Shown here: piece after piece, positions 57,801 to 64,000 of the stretch
How the letters are laid out: every line of letters begins with the position of its first letter
Numbering within the stretch: the first letter of the stretch is position 1
Assembly: GCA_002269645.1 (NCBI GenBank)
Contig: NIVC01003668.1
Location: forward strand, 19,962-83,961
Reading direction: 5' to 3'
Origin: Macrostomum lignano
Taxonomy: Eukaryota
Length of the DNA: 64,000 bases
Notes under the pieces: model-generated
Seen by the model: the letters and a program-made list of their open reading frames with translations, nothing else
Told to the model about the DNA's origin: nothing
Databases searched by the model: none
Made by a program: the position numbers and the translations under genes

Positions 57801-60800
57801 TTCACGTAGACATTTTGCGTCATTCGAAATCTGAGATCGGAGCTCCAGCCGTTGCCAACGTCCACCCCATCCCAGTACAGGTGCGGATAGGTTTCCGGCT
57901 CGTGTAGCAGTACTCGGATACCGCTGGAGCTCTGGGCTCCGGCTTTGCCAAACACTGTGCTCAACTGCTCCATTACGGTGCGTCTTCTTGTTGGCGGATA
58001 AGTGATCACGTAGTCGCCCGTTTCAGAGATCTCCCCCTTTGGAACTGTGCTGGTGTATAGAATGAGCTGCAGCCCGTCAGACGGACCCGTGCCCTGAACG
58101 CTTCGATCTCTGCGTGCTCAGGGTGTGGGAAATTGACTGCTCAAGTTGAGCTCACTATATTTGTTACTTTCACGAGGTTGATTTTCTAAAATCGCTATTG
58201 AGTAATCCGGAAGTTACTGTACGATTCATCTGGGGAATTGTTTGGCTATTTGTCCATTTAGCTACTGGCGAATTACTAACACGTAGCTATACTAGGGAAT
58301 TACTTACACGGTAGCTACTGGGGAATTACTAACACCTATTAAGGAATGACTACACGGTAGCTACTGGGGAATTACTAATACCTACAAAGGAATGACTTAC
58401 ACGGTAGCTACTGGAGAATTACTTACACGTAGCTACTAGGGGATTACTTACACGTAGCTACTGGGGAATTGCTAACACGTAGCTATGCTAGGGAATGACT
58501 TACACGTAGCTACTGGGGAATTGCTAACACGTAGCTATGCTAGGGAAGGACTTACACGTAGCTACTGGGGAATTACTTACATGGTAGTACTGGGTAATTA
58601 CTTACATGGTAGCTACTGGGAAATGACTTACATGGTAGCTACTGGGAAATTACTTACACGTAGCTACTGGACTTTCACGTAGCTTCCCTGGGCTGATCCG
58701 CTCTAGGCATAGCTTAGCACCCCGTTTAACACGTAGCTACTGGGGAATTACACGTCCTCGTAGCTACTGGGGAATTACATAGATATAGTTCCTCAGAAGC
58801 TAGAAATCCTGTGGATTAGCCTTAATTGACTAACCTGTATGCTAACATTTTCGTAACTGAAACTACTAGCAGTAGCGTAAAAGCAAATTTTCGCAGTATT
58901 CAACTCACTTCGGCCTGAAGCTCCAGCAGTTCCAATAGTGCGCGCTCTGCAGCAACTCGAAGTCCTCGGCTCGGCAGAGAGCCTTCTTGTAGAAGCAGCC
59001 AACCAAGCCGAGAGAGATGTTGTACCCGAGACCAGCCGTGGGCCGGCTAGCCCAGTAGTGCTGCAGAAATTGATACCAGTTAAAGTAGTCATGCGTGCTA
59101 AACAAACTCTTTAATCTTCTTGGACTGCCTGCGTACATCTTGCTGTACACCTGGCGGAGATCTTCGAGAAGACTGGCCATGCTGGCCTCCGCGTCTTGCC
59201 TTGTCTGGCTGTTGTAGTGCAACAGGTACTGCGGCATCGGCTTCAGGTTGCAGATGGTGACGTCAGGAAATACCGTGTCAACGCCTTGGTTCAGAATGAG
59301 AGTGTTCACCGGGGTGAGGATGAACTGCGAGACTGTCAGGTAGACATGGTAGCACCCGGCTGTGGTGGTCAGGCAGGTGAGGGCCAGCCAGAATGCCCGC
59401 CTGGCGTAGCTGTCCACCTGAGAGTTATTAATGAGTGACCGTATTGAGGCTTTTTGTGCGGTTAGAAACTGCCCGAAGCGGCATGAGATTATGCGAGACT
59501 TGCTAAGATTTATCTCTCAAACGATAAGATTATCTGAGACAAGCTGAGATTATCAGAGATAAGTTGAGATCATATGAGAAAAGCAGAGATTATCTAAGAC
59601 AAGCTGAGATTATATGATACAAGCTGAGATTATCTGGGACAGTATGGAGATTATCTGAGACAAGCTGAGATTATCTGAGACAAACTGAGATTATCTGAGA
59701 AAAATTGAGATTATCTGAGACAGATCAAGGACAAGCTCCGATTGCCATACGCTTATAAAGCACAGGTAAACAGATGCAAACAGGAAAACATCAAAGGAAA
59801 AAGCAGACGTGAAACAGACGGCCGGGGCATGCATTAATTAAATATTTTTCCAGTATTAGACAAGTGCTAAAACGCTCAAGAGCTCAAACTGAAGTGATTG
59901 AGCACGCATCTGTGCATTCATTTATGAGTCGAGATTTTCTTCTTGAGAAGTGCCATTTCACAAATTGCTTTTTGTAGCTTCAAGATTTGAGCAATTTTTA
60001 TATCATAATAGGTTTCCTAGAAAATATAATCCCCACGGATGCGGAGAAAACTCAAATCAAGTTATGCCAAATAGCTGAGTTCCTACGCATGAATATTCAT
60101 CAGCTAATGACCCGTAACCAAGGACATTCTGCAGTGTAAAGGCCGGCCGCAAAGCTTTATATATATGTATATGTGTGTATGTGTTTGGACTTACTGTTGA
60201 ATTCAATATAATCTAACTATTTTAACAGCCATAAGTAAAATGTGTGCGATACAACACGATCAAACTATTATTCATTCATGTAAAATTTAGCACTTTTGTA
60301 GCTAAACGACACTTATGACAACCCGATCTGACACCCAATTCGGTACTTCTGACACCCGATTCGGCTCTTCTGACATCCGAATCGGCACTAATTCTGACAT
60401 CCGGTTTGACACAATTTTGACACTGAATTTATTTTTTCTGACACCTAGATGACACCCATGCAGCATCAGCTGACACCCAGTGCAGCATCAGCTGACACCC
60501 AATGCAGCATCAGCTGACACCCGATGCAGCACCAGCTGACACCCAATGCAGCACCAGCTGACACCCAATGCAGCACCAGCTGACACCCAGTGCAGCACCA
60601 GCTGACACCCATGCAGCATCAGCTGACAGCCGATGAAGCATCAGTTGACACCCAATGCAGCATCAGCTGACACCCGATGCAGCACCAGCTGACACCCAAT
60701 GCAGCACCAGCTGACACCCGATGCAGGACCAGCTGACACCCAGTGCAGCACCAGCTGACACCCATGCAGCATCAGCTGACACCCGATGAAGCATCAGTTG

Positions 60801-61112
60801 ACACCCAATGCAGCATCAGCTGACACCCGATGCAGGACCAGCTGACACCCAGTGCAGCACCAGCTGACACCCAGTGCAGCACCAGCTGACACCCAATCTC
60901 ACCTGGAACAGCTGCGCCACTCCGTGCATGCTGGTGTTGTCGGCAAACCGGTTAGCGAAAAGGAAAACGCCCTTCATGGCTACCCTGGCGGCCGCCGCTG
61001 CGTCCGCCTTGGCCCGAGACTCGTTGCTATTGGCAACCGCCAAGCCGGCGGGTTGATTATTTTCAAACGGATTTACGTTGATCAGCGAATCGGCAGCTCG
61101 TGCAGACGCCAT
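54838..61112 (-). CDS. Amiloride-sensitive DEG/ENaC/ASIC-family cation channel (~710 aa)
   Basis: Exons 61112-60903, 59417-58909, 58109-57752, 56473-56058, ~55486-54838 (last acceptor least certain). N-terminal TSMHG motif; TM1; FPDVTICNL; GPSDGLQL; GIRVLLHEP; CGC thumb; TM2 LSELGGIGGLWAGMS. Confidence 0.92.
55795..56010. repeat. (GAGAT)n-like degenerate microsatellite
   Basis: Seen directly. Confidence 0.85.
56610..57368 (+). mobile_element. 5'-truncated, decayed non-LTR retrotransposon (RTE-like), antisense within a DEG/ENaC intron
   Basis: Frameshifted RT C-terminal motifs SGLVVNTLK, LTYLDS, RLWKAVVETVLLHNAETWTLT and RRRRLQLAGHVIR; ends in a (TTG)n tail at ~57353-57368. Confidence 0.85.
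58255..58780. repeat. ~25-bp degenerate minisatellite
   Basis: ACACGTAGCTACTGGGGAATTACTT core. Confidence 0.88.
59490..59715. repeat. 20-bp minisatellite
   Basis: GAGATTATCTGAGACAAGCT units. Confidence 0.88.
60345..60900. repeat. 22-bp minisatellite abutting the first DEG/ENaC donor
   Basis: GCAGCACCAGCTGACACCCAAT units; degenerate CTGACACCC copies from 60345. Confidence 0.9.
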
Positions 61113-61594
61113 CTTTTTTATGAGTTTACGTTAAGCTTTCGAATTGGACAAAATTATGGCATATGAGAACTGTTGCAATTTATAGTGCTAGGACTGACTA
61201 CTTAATAGCTGTTCCGTTTGGCACCGCTATTGGTCAGCTGATCAGCTGGAGCCACTAGCAGAGCAGCCAACCCCCCCCCCCCAATATGCAGGAGGGCATG
61301 AAGCAGTCGTGAGCTGGTACTCACTCGCGAACCCCGTTTTTTGTTTGTCACCCCCGATCTGCCAAATATGCAAAAGTGAGACGAAATTCTGCGTATCGAT
61401 CATATAAGTACATGTATATACAGTCGCGTGTTGTTAGGGCCAAACTGCTCAGACCTGAAAGCATTCAGCAGTTAGTATAGTAGAGAGTAAACTTGCTCAA
61501 TGTATGCTTTTTGTAGTTGGAAACCGCGTATAGTTGGAAGTTGTATTTGCGGGCAGCTGCTTACAATTTAGAAGCAATACTGCTTCTGGAGAGG

Positions 61595-61865
61595 CAGATT
61601 CCTGCGGGAGGAGCGGCCGAGGCAGATTCAGGGACTGAGGGAGGAGTGGAGAGGCAGATTCAGGGACTGAGGGAGGAGTGGAGAGGCAGATTCAGGGACT
61701 GAGGGAGGAGTGGAGAGGCAGATTCAGGGACTGAGGGAGGAGTGGAGAGGCAGATTCAGGGACTGAGGGAGGAGCGGAGAGGCAGATTCAGGGACTGAGG
61801 GAGGAGTGGAGAAGCAGATTCAGAGACTGAGTGGAAAGAGGAGAGCCAGATTCAGGGACTGAGGG
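61595..61865. repeat. 32-bp purine-rich minisatellite
   Basis: GGAGAGGCAGATTCAGGGACTGAGGGAGGAGT units. Confidence 0.92.
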
Positions 61866-62211
61866 AGGAAATACAGGAAGCTGAGTCACGAAACTCACGC
61901 AGGTGTGAGCAAACACACTAAACAAGAGTCGCTTATTTGCAATTCCTATAATTAGATTCTGTGGATGAGAAGATGGAGTATAGAACAGTTTAACTATTAA
62001 CGAGCTAATATGATCTGCTCATATCCGACAGACTTTTTTATGGGATGATTGAAATTGAAATTCTATTTATTCCCTATAAGGTATACCGCGTATGCGCGAA
62101 CGTTTTTGTTCCTTGTGAAGTCACCAAATTAGAAGTAATTTGTTGAAATACAGAGGACATTGTCCTTGAATGTCATGAAGACTGGCAGCAAAGTGCAAAC
62201 TGCTACAAATA

Positions 62212-63868
62212 TCGCTTTTGACGCTCTAGATAAGACTTTAGACATTCAAAATAAGACTGCATAGGATCGCAAGCAAGGCCAGGCTAGCCACGGCCAGAGC
62301 ATGCCCAGTCTTGGCTGCAGGAATGGCTTGGCCATAGACTAAAAAATGGAATATCAAAATGAGAATAAGACGCTCAATATGAGACTGAGTGTGAAAGCCT
62401 TCAGATATCGCTCTAACCCTCAGCCAGCTCTCATTCTTCACCCCTTGGGTTGCATCTGACCCCTTGGATTTCACTGTGATGGCACCATCGATTCCTGCAG
62501 CAGACCGTCAGCGTCTGATCGACGCAGTAAACAATGGATCAACCATCCTAGCTGCCGCTCAAATTCTCAAGATCAAGAGAGCGTCCGCCTTTAGGATCGC
62601 CGCGGAGTTCCGCCTCCATGGCAGAGTTGAATCCCTACCTCGTGGCGGTCGGAGAGAAGAAAATTGCAAGGCTGACAACGAGATGAGAGACTTCCTGACT
62701 GAGACGCTGGAGGAAAATCCCTTCCTCACACTCAAGGAAATGTCCTCACGTCTGGCTACGCAGTTTCCGGAAAAGCCGCAAGTCAGCTACAAGTGCGTGG
62801 ACCGAATGCTGCACGGTCTGCTATACACCGTGAAGCTGGCTGTCAAAGGCACTGACGTGAGGATGAGGACAAATTCTGAGGCAAATATCGAAGCCAGGCA
62901 CGAATACGCCATGTTCATGCTGAATTTGGCTCAAGAGACTCGCACTGTCTTCTTGGACGAGACCGGGTTCAATCTCTGGACCAGGCGCTCTCAGGGTCGT
63001 GCGCTGAAAGGCCGTCCTATTCGGCGAACTGTGACAACGCAACGCGGGCCAAATGTCTCGGTGTGCTTGGCGATTGCGACTGAGTTTGGTCTCCTGCACT
63101 CGAATGTCTACCGCGGTGGACAAACCGTTGCTCGCTTCCAAGAGTTTGTGGACGCCCTGTGCGAGCGATGCAACCAATCGGACCAGGGAGCCCACCAATG
63201 GGTCATCCTGATGGATGGGCCAAATTTTCATCGTGCGGCGAGGGTGCCTCAGCAGCTCCAGAACCTGACCTCCATCAGGATTCTGCCACCATACTCGCCT
63301 TTCCTCAATCCTGTGGAGCTCGCGAACTCAGCACTCAAGGCTCCAGGCGCGCATTCGCCAGATGCTGGCGAACCCTGAGCTAGTCGAGGAAGAGGCTGCT
63401 CCACCTGCAGATTTCACACAAGAGGAGTGGCGCTTCATGCTGCTGGAGCGGATTGCACGGGAGGCAGTCGGCCTCGTCATCACAGCTGAGAAGGCGGCCA
63501 GATGGGAACTCCGCTGTCAGAGGCACTTTGACAGGTGCTTAAATCGAATGGCCTTCTAACGCAGTCCGCCAGACTGACTTCAGTGATGGACTAAACATTT
63601 CGATATGCTATTCTGCTTCTTGTTTATTGCCTAATTTCTCCTTAGCTGTTTGTATGGTGACTGCCAAAAAGCAAATAAATTACGTTCACTCCCGGTCTCA
63701 TATTGAACGTCTTATTCTCATTTTGATATTCCATTTTTTAGTCTATGGCCAAGCCATCCCTGCAGCCAAGACTGGGCTTGCTCTGGCCGTGGCTAGCCTG
63801 GCCTTGCTTGCGATCCTATGCAGTCTTATTTTGAATGTCTAAAGTCTTATCTAGAGCGTCAAAAGCGA
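62212..63868 (+). mobile_element. IS630-Tc1-mariner DNA transposon, ~1.66 kb
   Basis: ~184-bp TIRs (62212-62395, 63685-63868; a few mismatches), TA on both sides (62210-62211, 63869-63870), single transposase gene. Confidence 0.93.
62479..63559 (+). pseudogene. DDE transposase (DD33E), frameshift near 63340
   Basis: HTH-like N-terminus; VFLDETGF, ILMDGPNFH, PPYSPFLNPVE. The C-terminal helices continue in the +1 frame (LQARIRQML...RHFDRCL). Confidence 0.9.
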
Positions 63869-64000
63869 TACTGCTTTTGACGTGCAATGTGAATTACTGG
63901 GCAGGCAAAGCAGAACGGTCCATTAGAGTTCTATGGTCAAGCGGTTGAATTAACTCGAGAAATTAAGCCATAGACAAATCGATTTGTCATGCTATATGGA

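Overview
Repeat-rich metazoan genomic DNA. GC-rich exons, GT-AG introns and minisatellite-filled introns resemble a free-living flatworm such as Macrostomum (inference; no search run). Five host genes were reconstructed by hand from splice sites. (1) The 3' part of an FKBP15/WAFL-like coiled-coil protein (+, ends 11594). (2) A secreted CAP/CRISP-like protein with a furin site, EGF and ShK-like modules (+, 13602-17276). (3) NADPH-cytochrome P450 reductase (-, 23171-18836). (4) Single-exon ADAT2 (+, 49668-50222). (5) A DEG/ENaC channel (-, 61112-54838). Mobile DNA: a compact, very young Gypsy element with identical 213-bp LTRs (1207-5529); a second Gypsy family present as a solo LTR (24702-25687) and a 17.5-kb LTR-int-LTR-int-LTR tandem (29965-47487); a foldback/MULE-like element; an RTE-like LINE fragment; and a DD33E Tc1/IS630-like transposon. 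The most unusual object is the second Gypsy family. It has a -1 frameshift signal, a dUTPase-like relic between PR and RT, a ~340-aa repeat-containing insert between RNase H and integrase, a non-env ORF after pol, a possible TATA-driven antisense ORF, and an LTR U3 densely packed with FoxO, AP-1, MEF2 and CRE motifs. Repeat-array boundaries are approximate.
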